From assembly GCA_964584325.1 (NCBI GenBank), contig CAZOZP010000004.1, positions 3,559 to 67,558 of the forward strand: DNA of 64,000 nucleotides, read 5' to 3'. Both the position numbers and the translations under genes were made by a program. Origin of the DNA: an uncultured Melioribacteraceae bacterium (GTDB lineage: Bacteria; Bacteroidota; Ignavibacteria; Ignavibacteriales; Melioribacteraceae). Position 1 is the stretch's first letter; each line of letters opens with the position of its first letter. The notes under the pieces are model-generated. The model worked only from the letters and a program-made list of their open reading frames with translations, made no database searches and was not told where the DNA came from. This document shows, one piece after another, positions 51,301 through 61,228 of the stretch.

Positions 51301-52724
51301 AAAAAAAAGATATAATAGAACTTGAGATTACAGATTATGCCTTTGAGGGTAAAGGAATTGCAAAAATTCAAATAGGTGAAAGCGAATCAAAATTTGTGAT
51401 TTTTGTTGATAAAACCTATCCCGGTGATGTTGTTAAAGCAGAAATCCAGAAAAAGAAAAAGTCTTACGCAGAAGCGGTAATTTCCGAATTCGTAAAAAAA
51501 TCAGAAATGAGAACAGCTGCAAAATGCCGCTACTTCGGAGTTTGCGGGGGATGTAAACAGCAGGACCTTTCATACGAAGCTCAAACCGGGTATAAAAAGA
51601 AACAGACTGTTGAAAATCTTGAAAAGATCGGAGCCCAGGATAACTTTGAGATTCAGGATATTGTTCCTTCAGAAGATATATTCTATTACCGCAACAAAAT
51701 GGAGTATTCTTTCTGCGACAGGCGCTGGCTCACTTCCGATGAAATGCTCAAGGATATATCAGAAGAGGATAAAAACTTTGCTCTTGGTCTTCATATTCCA
51801 AAATACTACAGCAAGGTTCTGGATGTTGAAGAATGTTTTCTTCAATCCGAAATAAGTAACAGAATTCTGAATTTTACAAGAAGTTTTTTCAAAAACAGAA
51901 ATGTTACAATTTATAATAATAATTCTGATTCGGGTTATTTAAGAAATCTGGTAATTCGCCAGTCTTATAACAGAAAAGACTTGATGGTAAATCTTGTTAC
52001 ATCTGAGTATGATGAAGCCTTAACAGAAGAATATACAAGCCGGATGATGATGGAAATACCTGAGATTACAACGGTTGTCAATAATATAAATACTAAAAAG
52101 GCACTCATAGCATTCGGAGAGTACGAGAAAGTTATAAGAGGCAACGGTTATATTTTTGATGAAATCGGCGAGAAAGTTTTCAGAATAAGTGCCAATTCAT
52201 TCTTCCAGACAAATACTAAGCAGGCGGGAAAGCTTTATTCTGCAATTAATGAATTTGCAGAGCCTTCGGAAAATGATATTGTTTATGACTTATTTTCAGG
52301 TGCTGGTACAATTTCAATCTATATTTCAAATAAAGTTAAATATGTTTACGGCTTCGAGTCAGTAACTCAAGCAGTAAGAGATGCGGGTGTGAATTCAGAA
52401 TTAAATAAAAGCGATAACCTCAGATTTTTTGAAGCCGACTTAAACAAATCCTTCTTAGGTAAAATTCGTGAAAATAACATTCCCAAACCCGATATAATCA
52501 TTACTGATCCTCCGCGCGCAGGAATGAATCCTAATACTATTTCCGATATACTGGAATTAAATCCCAGGAAAATTGTGTATGTAAGCTGTAATCCTGCAAC
52601 TCAGGCAAGAGATATAAAATTGCTGACTGAATCAGGTAATTACAATCTGATAAAAATCAGACCGGTTGATATGTTTCCGCATACATTTCATATCGAGAAT
52701 GTTGCTCTGCTAATAAGAAAATAA
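51297..52724 (+). CDS. rlmD: 23S rRNA (uracil-C5)-methyltransferase, RlmD/RumA family, with TRAM domain and Fe-S Cys cluster
   Basis: N-terminal TRAM (ELEITDYAFEGKGIAK), CRYFGVCGGC, FFQTN, DLFSGAGT, DPPRAG and YVSCNPATQARD. TTG start overlaps the upstream stop. Confidence 0.85.
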   Translation: MKKKDIIELEITDYAFEGKGIAKIQIGESESKFVIFVDKTYPGDVVKAEIQKKKKSYAEAVISEFVKKSEMRTAAKCRYFGVCGGCKQQDLSYEAQTGYKKKQTVENLEKIGAQDNFEIQDIVPSEDIFYYRNKMEYSFCDRRWLTSDEMLKDISEEDKNFALGLHIPKYYSKVLDVEECFLQSEISNRILNFTRSFFKNRNVTIYNNNSDSGYLRNLVIRQSYNRKDLMVNLVTSEYDEALTEEYTSRMMMEIPEITTVVNNINTKKALIAFGEYEKVIRGNGYIFDEIGEKVFRISANSFFQTNTKQAGKLYSAINEFAEPSENDIVYDLFSGAGTISIYISNKVKYVYGFESVTQAVRDAGVNSELNKSDNLRFFEADLNKSFLGKIRENNIPKPDIIITDPPRAGMNPNTISDILELNPRKIVYVSCNPATQARDIKLLTESGNYNLIKIRPVDMFPHTFHIENVALLIRK

Positions 52725-52758
52725 AACGTTTCAATATAAGACAATTTGTTCCGAATTA

Positions 52759-53721
52759 TTAAACTGAAACATTCTTCAACCAGGGAAGCCTATCAAGATC
52801 AACATTTCCTCCTGATAGAATTAAAGCAACATTTTTATTTTGGAACCTTCTTTGATTTTCCGATACAACAGCAAGAGTAACAGCAGATGAAGGTTCAATA
52901 ATAATTTTCATTCTTTCCCAAATCAGTCTCATGCATTTAATGATAGATTCTTCATTTACAGTCAGAATTCCGGCGCAAAATTCAGCAATAATCGGATAAG
53001 TTTTATCGCCTAGGGATGTGAGAAGACCATCGGCTATGGTGTTCGGATTAACTGAAGGATAGATTATTTTATCTCTCAGTGAACGATATGCATCATCGGC
53101 TCCTTTTGGCTCGGCGCCCAGAACTTGAATTCCTTCGCCGAAATAATGAGCAGATAGGCAGGAACCGCTTAAAAGTCCGCCTCCGCCAACAGGAGAAATT
53201 ATATAATCGGCATTCGGAACATCCTCAATTATTTCAGCAGCACAGGAAGCCTGACCGGCAATAATATCATAATTATTGTATGGATGAATGAGCACAGCAC
53301 CGGTCTGCTCCATAATTTCATTGCAAGTTCTTTCCCGTTCTGCTAAAGTAGGTTTGCAGAACACAATTTTCCCGCCGTAACTTTGAACAGCATTGATTTT
53401 TATTCGCGGGGCATTTTCAGGCATTATAATATAGGCCGGTATTTTTCTCATTGATGAGGCCAAAGCAAGAGCGGCGGCATGATTGCCTGAAGAATGGGTT
53501 ACAACTGACAAATCATTATCACGCGTCAAAGAAAGTACGGCATTTGAAGCGCCTCTGAATTTAAATGCTCCCGCTTTCTGAAAATTTTCACATTTAAAGA
53601 ATAAGTTACAATCGAAAAGTTCATTTAAAAGCTTGCTTGTAAAGATTGGAGTACGCTTAACTTGAAATGAAATTTTACTTCGGACTTCAAGCAGTTTTTC
53701 TTTGTTTATGGAATTATTCAT
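52759..53721 (-). CDS. PLP-dependent threonine/serine dehydratase-family enzyme (fold type II)
   Basis: FKCENFQKAGAFKFRGA (PLP Lys), HSSGNHAAA and PVGGGGLLSG. Confidence 0.85.
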   Translation of the reverse strand: MNNSINKEKLLEVRSKISFQVKRTPIFTSKLLNELFDCNLFFKCENFQKAGAFKFRGASNAVLSLTRDNDLSVVTHSSGNHAAALALASSMRKIPAYIIMPENAPRIKINAVQSYGGKIVFCKPTLAERERTCNEIMEQTGAVLIHPYNNYDIIAGQASCAAEIIEDVPNADYIISPVGGGGLLSGSCLSAHYFGEGIQVLGAEPKGADDAYRSLRDKIIYPSVNPNTIADGLLTSLGDKTYPIIAEFCAGILTVNEESIIKCMRLIWERMKIIIEPSSAVTLAVVSENQRRFQNKNVALILSGGNVDLDRLPWLKNVSV

Positions 53722-53792
53722 ATCATTACTAAAATTTGTAAAAATGATTAACTATTTTTAGGAATAAAATTAAGAATTTATTCAAAGACAAT

Positions 53793-55091
53793 TTGAAAAA
53801 TATTATAACTCCCGAAAATTTAACCTACAGGAAAATCTTTCTCTTCTGGATACCGCTTGCCGCTACATGGCTTATGATGGCTTACGAGGGACAGCTCTTG
53901 CCTGCGGTAATTGCCAGAATGCAACACCCGGAGATAAATTTGGCGGCTTTCGGGGTAACATTATCTTTGGCTATGATGGTTGAATCGCCGGTGATAATGC
54001 TGATGGGCACATCTGCCGCTCTTGTGAAAGACAGAGAGAGCTATCTAAAAGTAAGAAATTTCACCTACATATTAAATACAGTCTTGACTCTTGTAATGCT
54101 TGTTATCTCAATTCCTCAGGTTTTCAGAATTGTGTCAGAAGATATTATGGGACTCCCGGTTTCAATTTCCACTGCAGCTAACAAAGGAATGTTATTCATG
54201 CTTCCGTGGCCCGCGGCTATTGGATACAGAAGATTCTATCAGGGAATTATGATAAGTCTGAACAAAACGAAAAGAGTTGCAGCAGGAACAATTGCAAGAA
54301 TGGTTTCATTAACAATGGCGGCTTTTGCTCTATTCTTTATAGGTGGTGTTGAAGGAAATACTTTAGGCGCGATATCACTTACTATTGGCGTTGTTACTGA
54401 AGCATTGTTTACCAAACTAATGGCTTTCGACTGTATCAGAACACTAAACGATTTACCTTCATCCGGACCGGTGATTCGTTACAAGGAGATATTGAAATTC
54501 TACTATCCGCTTGCCATGACCTCAGTAATTACTTTGAGCATCCACCCGTCGATAACATTTTTTATGGCCTGGAGTTACAGAGGAGTAGAGTCTCTGGCTG
54601 TTCTGCCGGTTATAAACGGACTTGTATTTTTCTTCCGGAGTATCGGATTATCCTATCAGGAAGTGCCTATTGCCTTGCTTAAAGGAAATAAAGAAAACTA
54701 CAAAATGCTTAGAAACTTTGCGGTAACACTTGCTGCTGTTTTGGTTGGAACTCTCTCTTTAATAGCTTATACACCGGCAGCAGAATTCTTTTTTAATAGT
54801 ATTGCCGGATTAACACCGCAATTGGCAGATTTTGCAGCTTTGCCTTTAATGATACTTGCATTTATGCCCGCTATGTCGGTTTTGTATTCATATCAAAGAG
54901 GAATGCTGATTGCACTTTCAAAAACAAAGCCCATAACCAATGCAAGTATTATTGAAATAATTTCTGTATTTTCCATCTTGTTTTTCTGTACTAAAATATT
55001 GGTTCTGCCGGGTGCTGTTGCTGCAGCTGTTACTTATGTTTTTTCAAGAGGATTTTCAAATCTGTATCTTATGAATAAAATAAAGCTGTAA
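53793..55091 (+). CDS. MOP/MATE-superfamily polytopic transporter (flippase-like)
   Basis: About 12 TM helices in two homologous halves. TTG start. No specific subfamily recognised. Confidence 0.5.
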   Translation: MKNIITPENLTYRKIFLFWIPLAATWLMMAYEGQLLPAVIARMQHPEINLAAFGVTLSLAMMVESPVIMLMGTSAALVKDRESYLKVRNFTYILNTVLTLVMLVISIPQVFRIVSEDIMGLPVSISTAANKGMLFMLPWPAAIGYRRFYQGIMISLNKTKRVAAGTIARMVSLTMAAFALFFIGGVEGNTLGAISLTIGVVTEALFTKLMAFDCIRTLNDLPSSGPVIRYKEILKFYYPLAMTSVITLSIHPSITFFMAWSYRGVESLAVLPVINGLVFFFRSIGLSYQEVPIALLKGNKENYKMLRNFAVTLAAVLVGTLSLIAYTPAAEFFFNSIAGLTPQLADFAALPLMILAFMPAMSVLYSYQRGMLIALSKTKPITNASIIEIISVFSILFFCTKILVLPGAVAAAVTYVFSRGFSNLYLMNKIKL

Positions 55092-55116
55092 TTTAACTTT
55101 CCGGTGCCGGAGGTTT

Positions 55117-56115
55117 TTGTTATTTTTATCACATCAATTCTTTGAGAATGCTTTGAGCTTTAAGATTTTCAATCAATACATAAAGATTATTTTATATAAT
55201 GTTCTTGCAGTAATAGTTCTGTTTCTTTTAGCAGAAGTTGCAGTACGCATATTTTTTCCGGAAGTCTCAACATTGGGAACAGATTCAGTTCTGATTATGG
55301 ATAGTGTTTATAATGATTCTCCGGGATTAAGACAAAATGCATCCGGATACTCAAATCAGGGATTAAAAACATCAGACGAAAACGGTTACTTAAAATATAA
55401 AGGAAATGCAGCAGTTAATGAAAAATGGCTTCTTTTAGGCGATTCTGTAACTATGGGAATCGGTGTAGATGATGAAGATACATTTGCTGCATTACTTCAA
55501 ATTGCAAATCCGAATGTGAAAATTCTTAATCCTTCACTAATAGGCTACTCAGCAAAAGACTATTATAATGTTGTTTCAACATTGAAAAGTGATACCGCTA
55601 TTACAAGAGTATTCATAATGTGGTGTCTTAATGATACTTATTCCGGAGAACTTGTTCAGGATTCACCCGAAGCAGGAAGAAGTTTTTTCAGCGGAATTTT
55701 AAAATTGCTGAGAAATTATTCAAAACTCTATATTTGGCTAAAGGGCTCTTTCACTGATAGACAAAAAGCATATTTTGAGTATGATAAAAGTTATTATACT
55801 GAAGATAACAAAAATTTTATTGAAGCTGCAGAGTACATTAGAAAAATAGATTCAGTTGTTGTTTCGGCAGGAAAGAAGTTAACCGTAATTATTCTTCCGT
55901 ATGAATATCAGACTAGAAAAAAAATAGAAGATTACAGACCCCAGGAAACATTGAAAAAATTTATCTCCGGACTCAATATTCAAATATTTGATATCAGGTT
56001 TTCCGGACAGGCGGATGATTATAAAAAATATTATTTGTTCGGAGACGGGATACATTTCTCGAAAGAAGGACATAAAAAGATATTTAAGGAATTTGAAAAT
56101 ATTTTAAACCAATAA
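55117..56115 (+). CDS. SGNH/GDSL-family hydrolase with N-terminal membrane anchor
   Basis: LLLGDSVTMGIGV (block I GDS) and GDGIHFSKEGH (block V DxxH). Start codon uncertain (TTG). Confidence 0.65.
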   Translation: MLFLSHQFFENALSFKIFNQYIKIILYNVLAVIVLFLLAEVAVRIFFPEVSTLGTDSVLIMDSVYNDSPGLRQNASGYSNQGLKTSDENGYLKYKGNAAVNEKWLLLGDSVTMGIGVDDEDTFAALLQIANPNVKILNPSLIGYSAKDYYNVVSTLKSDTAITRVFIMWCLNDTYSGELVQDSPEAGRSFFSGILKLLRNYSKLYIWLKGSFTDRQKAYFEYDKSYYTEDNKNFIEAAEYIRKIDSVVVSAGKKLTVIILPYEYQTRKKIEDYRPQETLKKFISGLNIQIFDIRFSGQADDYKKYYLFGDGIHFSKEGHKKIFKEFENILNQ

Positions 56116-56119
56116 TGGA

Positions 56120-56809
56120 ATGAAAATGAAAAAAACACTTTTGATAATAACAGTATTATGTGCATTTGCCGGTTTGATTAATGCACAGCAAGAAAATGAA
56201 GAGAATTTTATTCTTGACCACAAAATGATTCTCGGCTATTGGGATTCGCTGGATGAAAATGTTTATCTGCCATTACTCGACAGCGTAAAGCTGGGCTTAT
56301 CGGAAGATTTCCTTACGTTAAGATTGGCTTACACAAAAACTAAGGAATATCAACCTTACGACACAATGGAGAAAGACTATCAATCCGGATGTGTTGCAAA
56401 AATAAAGCTTGGTGAGTTTGCAGAAGCCGCAAAAATTATTGACAGTCTATTGGAAAAAAATTACGTTGATATGTATTCGCATTTCTTAAAATCTTATGCT
56501 TTATCAGAACTCAAAGATACCGCGAAAGCAATATTTCATATGGGAATCTATGAAGGACTGATTAAATCGATTTTGATTTCAGGCGATGGAATGACTCCTA
56601 AAACTGCAATGCTCGTAATAGATACATCTGAAGAATATACTCTTCTGAATGCGTATGACATGACATTTAAAGGCCAATCTCTTATTTCTGACGAAGAATT
56701 CAAATACGATAAACTTCAAGTTGTAAATCCATCCTCAGAAAAAGAAATGGATCTCTATTTTAATATTGATATTCTAATGCATCATCTTAGTAAAAGTTTT
56801 GAAAGGTGA
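56120..56809 (+). CDS. Secreted hypothetical protein (helical-repeat, DUF4919-like)
   Basis: Signal peptide MKMKKTLLIITVLCAFAGLINAQ. Family assignment from memory only. Confidence 0.35.
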   Translation: MKMKKTLLIITVLCAFAGLINAQQENEENFILDHKMILGYWDSLDENVYLPLLDSVKLGLSEDFLTLRLAYTKTKEYQPYDTMEKDYQSGCVAKIKLGEFAEAAKIIDSLLEKNYVDMYSHFLKSYALSELKDTAKAIFHMGIYEGLIKSILISGDGMTPKTAMLVIDTSEEYTLLNAYDMTFKGQSLISDEEFKYDKLQVVNPSSEKEMDLYFNIDILMHHLSKSFER

Positions 56810-56813
56810 TAAT

Positions 56814-57095
56814 ATGAAATTAAAAAACGTTTTGATAGTCTCGGTTTTGCTCTTAATGCTTACATCCTGTTTCCCTCAGCGAAGTACGGATAGTGATGAC
56901 CATAGAGCGGGTGTATTTACCGGAATCTGGCACGGCTGGATTGCCCCGGTTTCTCTGGTTGTCGGATTTTTCGATTCGGATATCACAATTTATGAGAAAC
57001 ATAATACCGGCTGGTGGTATGATTTGGGGTTCTATGCTGCAATAATAAGCGGATTCGGAGGATTATCGGTTTTCAGAAGCAAAAATAAAGATTAA
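56814..57095 (+). CDS. Small lipoprotein with C-terminal hydrophobic segments
   Basis: MKLKNVLIVSVLLLMLTSC lipobox. GAAAGG lies 7 nt upstream of ATG 56814. Confidence 0.45.
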   Translation: MKLKNVLIVSVLLLMLTSCFPQRSTDSDDHRAGVFTGIWHGWIAPVSLVVGFFDSDITIYEKHNTGWWYDLGFYAAIISGFGGLSVFRSKNKD

Positions 57096-57172
57096 AAGAA
57101 CATATCAACCTCAATACTTTATTTTAGTATAAGATAAAACTATATTTGTAATCACAAATTAACGGGATTAAT

Positions 57173-57748
57173 GTGGAAGTATCACGATTCAGTTTGTCTG
57201 AACTTGAAGATTATCTGATTCCTCAGGTATTGAAACCTATGCAGATATTAACAACAGCCATTGGTTTTGCACCTGTTATGTTTCTGCTGATAATAGTAAT
57301 ATTATTTCTCACTTCAGAACCGGGGAGCGGAGGATATGCAAGCCGGATTGTTCTTATTCTTTCGCTTGCAAATATTGTTGTCTGGCTTTCAATTGGGATG
57401 GTATCAAAATTTCTGTTCAACAAGATGATGAAAACATCATTTGATGACCTTCAGAGTTTTCCGCCTTTAAGAAAAAAACAATTGAATGAACAAAGCGTTC
57501 TTATTGAAAAGTTTCTTGGAAATACAAAAAATGCTTTGATAATAAGATTAGCACTAATGGAAGGTTCTGCTTTGATAGGACTGATTGCCGTTCTTTTTGC
57601 AGTGCTTGAAGGGAGCATCATAAGTAATCCGGTTTACTGGATTAACTTGTTTTCCTTTTTATCTTTTATTTTCACTCTTGTAAGGTTTTATCCATCAAAA
57701 GAGTATTTCATTAATACTTACAACGAATTATTAACAGACGGTTTTTAA
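57173..57748 (+). CDS. Hypothetical membrane protein (4 TM)
   Basis: ORF with four hydrophobic helices. GTG start uncertain. Confidence 0.35.
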   Translation: MEVSRFSLSELEDYLIPQVLKPMQILTTAIGFAPVMFLLIIVILFLTSEPGSGGYASRIVLILSLANIVVWLSIGMVSKFLFNKMMKTSFDDLQSFPPLRKKQLNEQSVLIEKFLGNTKNALIIRLALMEGSALIGLIAVLFAVLEGSIISNPVYWINLFSFLSFIFTLVRFYPSKEYFINTYNELLTDGF

Positions 57749-57766
57749 TAAAAATATGGAAAAGAA

Positions 57767-58993
57767 ATGAACTCAAAAATTAAAGAATTCTCAGAACTGC
57801 CAAATTCAGAAGGATACTTTGGACAGTACGGCGGAAGTTTTATTCCTCCTCAGCTTCAGACAATAATGGATGAAATAACAGCAGCATACTTAAAATACAG
57901 AGAAGATGAAACTTTCCAGAATGAATTATCTTATCTTTATACTCATTACGTCGGAAGACCAAGTCCGCTTTTCTTTGCAGAAAATTTAACAAATAAGTTA
58001 AACGGCGCAAAAATCTATTTTAAACGAGAAGACTTAAACCATACAGGAGCTCATAAAATAAACCATACTCTTGGTGAAGTTATGTTGGCAAAAAGAATGG
58101 GGAAGAAAAAGGTTATTGCGGAAACCGGTGCGGGACAGCATGGGGTAGCTGTTGCAACGGCAGCAGCTCTGTTAAATCTTGAATGCGATATCTATATGGG
58201 TGAAGTTGATATTGTAAAGGAAAGACCTAATGTTTTGAGAATGCTTGCGGTTGGAGCAAATGTAATTCCGGTTAAAAGCGGAGACCGCACACTAAAGGAA
58301 GCTGTTGATGAAGCCTTTGTTGCTTATCTTCAGGATCCAATTACACAATTTTATGCGATAGGGTCAGTTGTAGGTCCGCATCCTTTTCCGATGATGATAA
58401 GAGATTTTCAGCAAATTGTAGGCTACGAGGCAAAAGAACAATTTCTGGAAGCTGAAGGTAAACTGCCTGATAATCTTGTTGCGTGTGTTGGCGGCGGTTC
58501 AAATGCAATGGGATTGTTTACTGCATTCTTAAAGGATGAAACAGTAAATATTTATGGTGTTGAGCCTTCCGGATTAAGTCTGAAAGACGGGGAACATGCA
58601 GCAACAATTACTCTTGGCTCGCCCGGTGTGCTTCACGGATTTAAGAGTTATCTGCTTCAGGATAAAGAAGGAAATCCTTCAAGAGTATATTCAGTGGCAA
58701 GCGGTCTGGATTATCCAGGTGTTGGTCCGCAGCACAGCTATCTTAAGGATATAAAAAGAGTTAACTATGTTACTGCAAATGATAAAGAAACAATAGATGC
58801 ATTTTTTGAAATATCAAGGGTTGAAGGTATAATTCCGGCACTTGAATCAGCCCATGCTATTGCATTTGCAATTAAGCTGGCACCTCAGCTTCCGAAAGAT
58901 CAGACTATTCTGGTTAATCTTTCCGGTCGCGGAGATAAAGACATCGAATTTGTAATTGGAAAATACGGAAAAGAATACGGTATTAATATATAA
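57767..58993 (+). CDS. trpB: Tryptophan synthase beta chain (TrpB1-type)
   Basis: [27 protein letters not shown] (PLP Lys), [15 protein letters not shown] and [17 protein letters not shown]. No other trp genes adjacent. Confidence 0.9.
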   Translation: MNSKIKEFSELPNSEGYFGQYGGSFIPPQLQTIMDEITAAYLKYREDETFQNELSYLYTHYVGRPSPLFFAENLTNKLNGAKIYFKREDLNHTGAHKINHTLGEVMLAKRMGKKKVIAETGAGQHGVAVATAAALLNLECDIYMGEVDIVKERPNVLRMLAVGANVIPVKSGDRTLKEAVDEAFVAYLQDPITQFYAIGSVVGPHPFPMMIRDFQQIVGYEAKEQFLEAEGKLPDNLVACVGGGSNAMGLFTAFLKDETVNIYGVEPSGLSLKDGEHAATITLGSPGVLHGFKSYLLQDKEGNPSRVYSVASGLDYPGVGPQHSYLKDIKRVNYVTANDKETIDAFFEISRVEGIIPALESAHAIAFAIKLAPQLPKDQTILVNLSGRGDKDIEFVIGKYGKEYGINI

Positions 58994-59034
58994 ACTTGGG
59001 AAAGCCGTTTATTTAATATCAGATTGGAATTGAA

Positions 59035-60993
59035 ATGAAAACTTATTCAAAGAAGTATTGTGAAAGCCTTACTGAATATAAACGGCTGTTAACAAGGGAA
59101 ATTAATATCGGGGATATTCCTCTCGGCGGAGACAATCCGATCAGGATACAGTCTATGACTACAACCGATACTATGGATACTGTCGGAACGGCAGAACAGA
59201 CAATCCGAATGGTTGAATCAGGTTGCGAGTATGTCAGAATAACCGCTCCGAGTATTAAAGAAGCTGAGAACCTTAGAAACATAAAGAATGAACTAAAGAG
59301 AAGAGGCTGCTATGTGCCTCTTATCGCAGATATTCATTACACTCCTAATGCTGCGGAAGCCGCAGCAAGAATTGTGGAGAAAGTAAGAATAAATCCGGGC
59401 AATTATGTCGATAAAAAGAAATTTGCACAGATAGAATATACTGATTCAGAATATCAAAGCGAAATTGAAAGAATAAGAGAAAGACTGAAACCGTTAATAC
59501 TGATTTGCAAGGAATACGGTACAGCAATGAGAATTGGAACAAACCACGGATCTCTTTCTGATCGAATAATGAGCCGCTATGGTGATACCGCTTTCGGTAT
59601 GGTGGAGTCAGCACTTGAATTTGCCAGAATTGCAGAAGATTTTAATTACTACAATCTTGTGTTTTCAATGAAATCAAGCAATCCGCAGGTAATGGTTCAG
59701 GCGTACAGACTGCTTGTTGCAAGAATGAAATATGAAGAAATGAATTATCCTCTGCATATTGGGGTTACCGAAGCCGGCGATGGTGAAGACGGAAGAATTA
59801 AATCTGCAGCCGGAATAGGAACGCTGCTTGAAGACGGTATTGGCGATACCGTAAGAGTATCATTAACCGAACCGCCGGAATTTGAAGCTCCCGTTGCCCG
59901 TACAATTGTTTCAAGATATAATATGCGGGATAGACACAGACACATAAACCATATTGAAGAGAATCCTATTGATCCCTATAGCTACACAAGAAGAGAATCT
60001 TTTGAATTTTCAGGAATCGGGGGTAATACGGTTCCTAAAGTTATTGCCGATTATACGAATGTAAATCCGGATTTTCCGGAAAAACTGATTCCGATAGGTT
60101 ATACATATCTTGCCGAAACAGATAAATGGAAAATTACCGATCAGGCGGCTGATTATATTTATTTGGGAAGAAGATTGCCTGATTTTGAACTTCCGCTTAG
60201 TCTTAAAGCCATTTATGATTATTCATTCTGGCTTGCGCTGGATGACAAATCATCATCTATTCCATTGTTTTCGAAAGAAGAATATTTGTCTGACTCAAAG
60301 AAATCCTTCCTGGCAAATATTCTTAAAATTGATGCTTCTGAACAGGATATTCTTCAAAATCTGGAAACGGAAAACGGAAACAGCAGAACAATAATTCTGC
60401 TGACCACTGACAATCTTCACGGAATGGCGGAACAAAGACGCTTCTTGTTCGAAATGGTGAGAAGAAATATAAAACTACCGGTAATTATCAGCAGAAAATA
60501 TGAATCAGTTTCTTCGGATCAGCTTCTTGTATATTCTGCGGCAGATTATGCCGCTTTACTGATTGACGGATTCGGAGATGCATTTATTACGGCACTTCCG
60601 GCAGGAAGCGAATCTTCTAACGGGATAAATTTTCTAAACAGAACTCTCTTCGGAATACTTCAGGCTTCAAGGGTTAGGATTTCCAAGACGGAATATATTG
60701 CTTGTCCTTCCTGCGGAAGAACATTATTTGACCTTGTGGAAGTTACACAAAAAATCAGAAAACGAACCGAACATCTCAAAGGGGTAAAAATCGGAATTAT
60801 GGGATGCATTGTTAATGGTCCCGGAGAAATGGCCGATGCTGATTATGGATATGTCGGTTCGGGTCCAGGTAAGATTACGCTTTACAGGGGACAAACAGTT
60901 GTCAAGAAATCAGTAAATTCAGAAGATGCGGTCGATGAACTTATTAATCTTATAAAAGAAGACGGTAAATGGGTTGATCTTCAGAAAGAATGA
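59035..60993 (+). CDS. ispG: 4-hydroxy-3-methylbut-2-enyl diphosphate synthase, long form with inserted domain
   Basis: IRIQSMT, YVRITAP, ADIHY, RINPGN, GVTEAGDGEDGRIKSA and C-terminal CPSCGRT...GCIVNGPGE 4Fe-4S ligands. An insert of about 270 aa sits between the TIM and Fe-S domains. Confidence 0.92.
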   Translation: MKTYSKKYCESLTEYKRLLTREINIGDIPLGGDNPIRIQSMTTTDTMDTVGTAEQTIRMVESGCEYVRITAPSIKEAENLRNIKNELKRRGCYVPLIADIHYTPNAAEAAARIVEKVRINPGNYVDKKKFAQIEYTDSEYQSEIERIRERLKPLILICKEYGTAMRIGTNHGSLSDRIMSRYGDTAFGMVESALEFARIAEDFNYYNLVFSMKSSNPQVMVQAYRLLVARMKYEEMNYPLHIGVTEAGDGEDGRIKSAAGIGTLLEDGIGDTVRVSLTEPPEFEAPVARTIVSRYNMRDRHRHINHIEENPIDPYSYTRRESFEFSGIGGNTVPKVIADYTNVNPDFPEKLIPIGYTYLAETDKWKITDQAADYIYLGRRLPDFELPLSLKAIYDYSFWLALDDKSSSIPLFSKEEYLSDSKKSFLANILKIDASEQDILQNLETENGNSRTIILLTTDNLHGMAEQRRFLFEMVRRNIKLPVIISRKYESVSSDQLLVYSAADYAALLIDGFGDAFITALPAGSESSNGINFLNRTLFGILQASRVRISKTEYIACPSCGRTLFDLVEVTQKIRKRTEHLKGVKIGIMGCIVNGPGEMADADYGYVGSGPGKITLYRGQTVVKKSVNSEDAVDELINLIKEDGKWVDLQKE

Positions 60994-61228
60994 GTTGTAG
61001 AGACTGGTTTCAAACCCGTTTCTGCCGCAGGCAGGAACGCTTTCTGTAAAACCGCCTGCATTAACGTTTCAGGAATATGAGAAGTTGCCCGAACCGCATA
61101 GCCGCTGTTGTGCGATGGGCAGAGCGTCTCTTCGGTTTTTGTCTTCATTTCTTAACCCCGCCCCCTCTTCCGCCGTAGCACACGATGTGCGTAGGCGGTC
61201 TTCTGCTTTTTCACCATTCTAAAGACCG

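Noticed and set aside
60995-61030. GTTGTAGAGACTGGTTTCAAACCCGTTTCTGC resembles a CRISPR repeat with an internal hairpin
   Set aside because: Only one copy exists in the window. There is no spacer-repeat periodicity and no cas genes.
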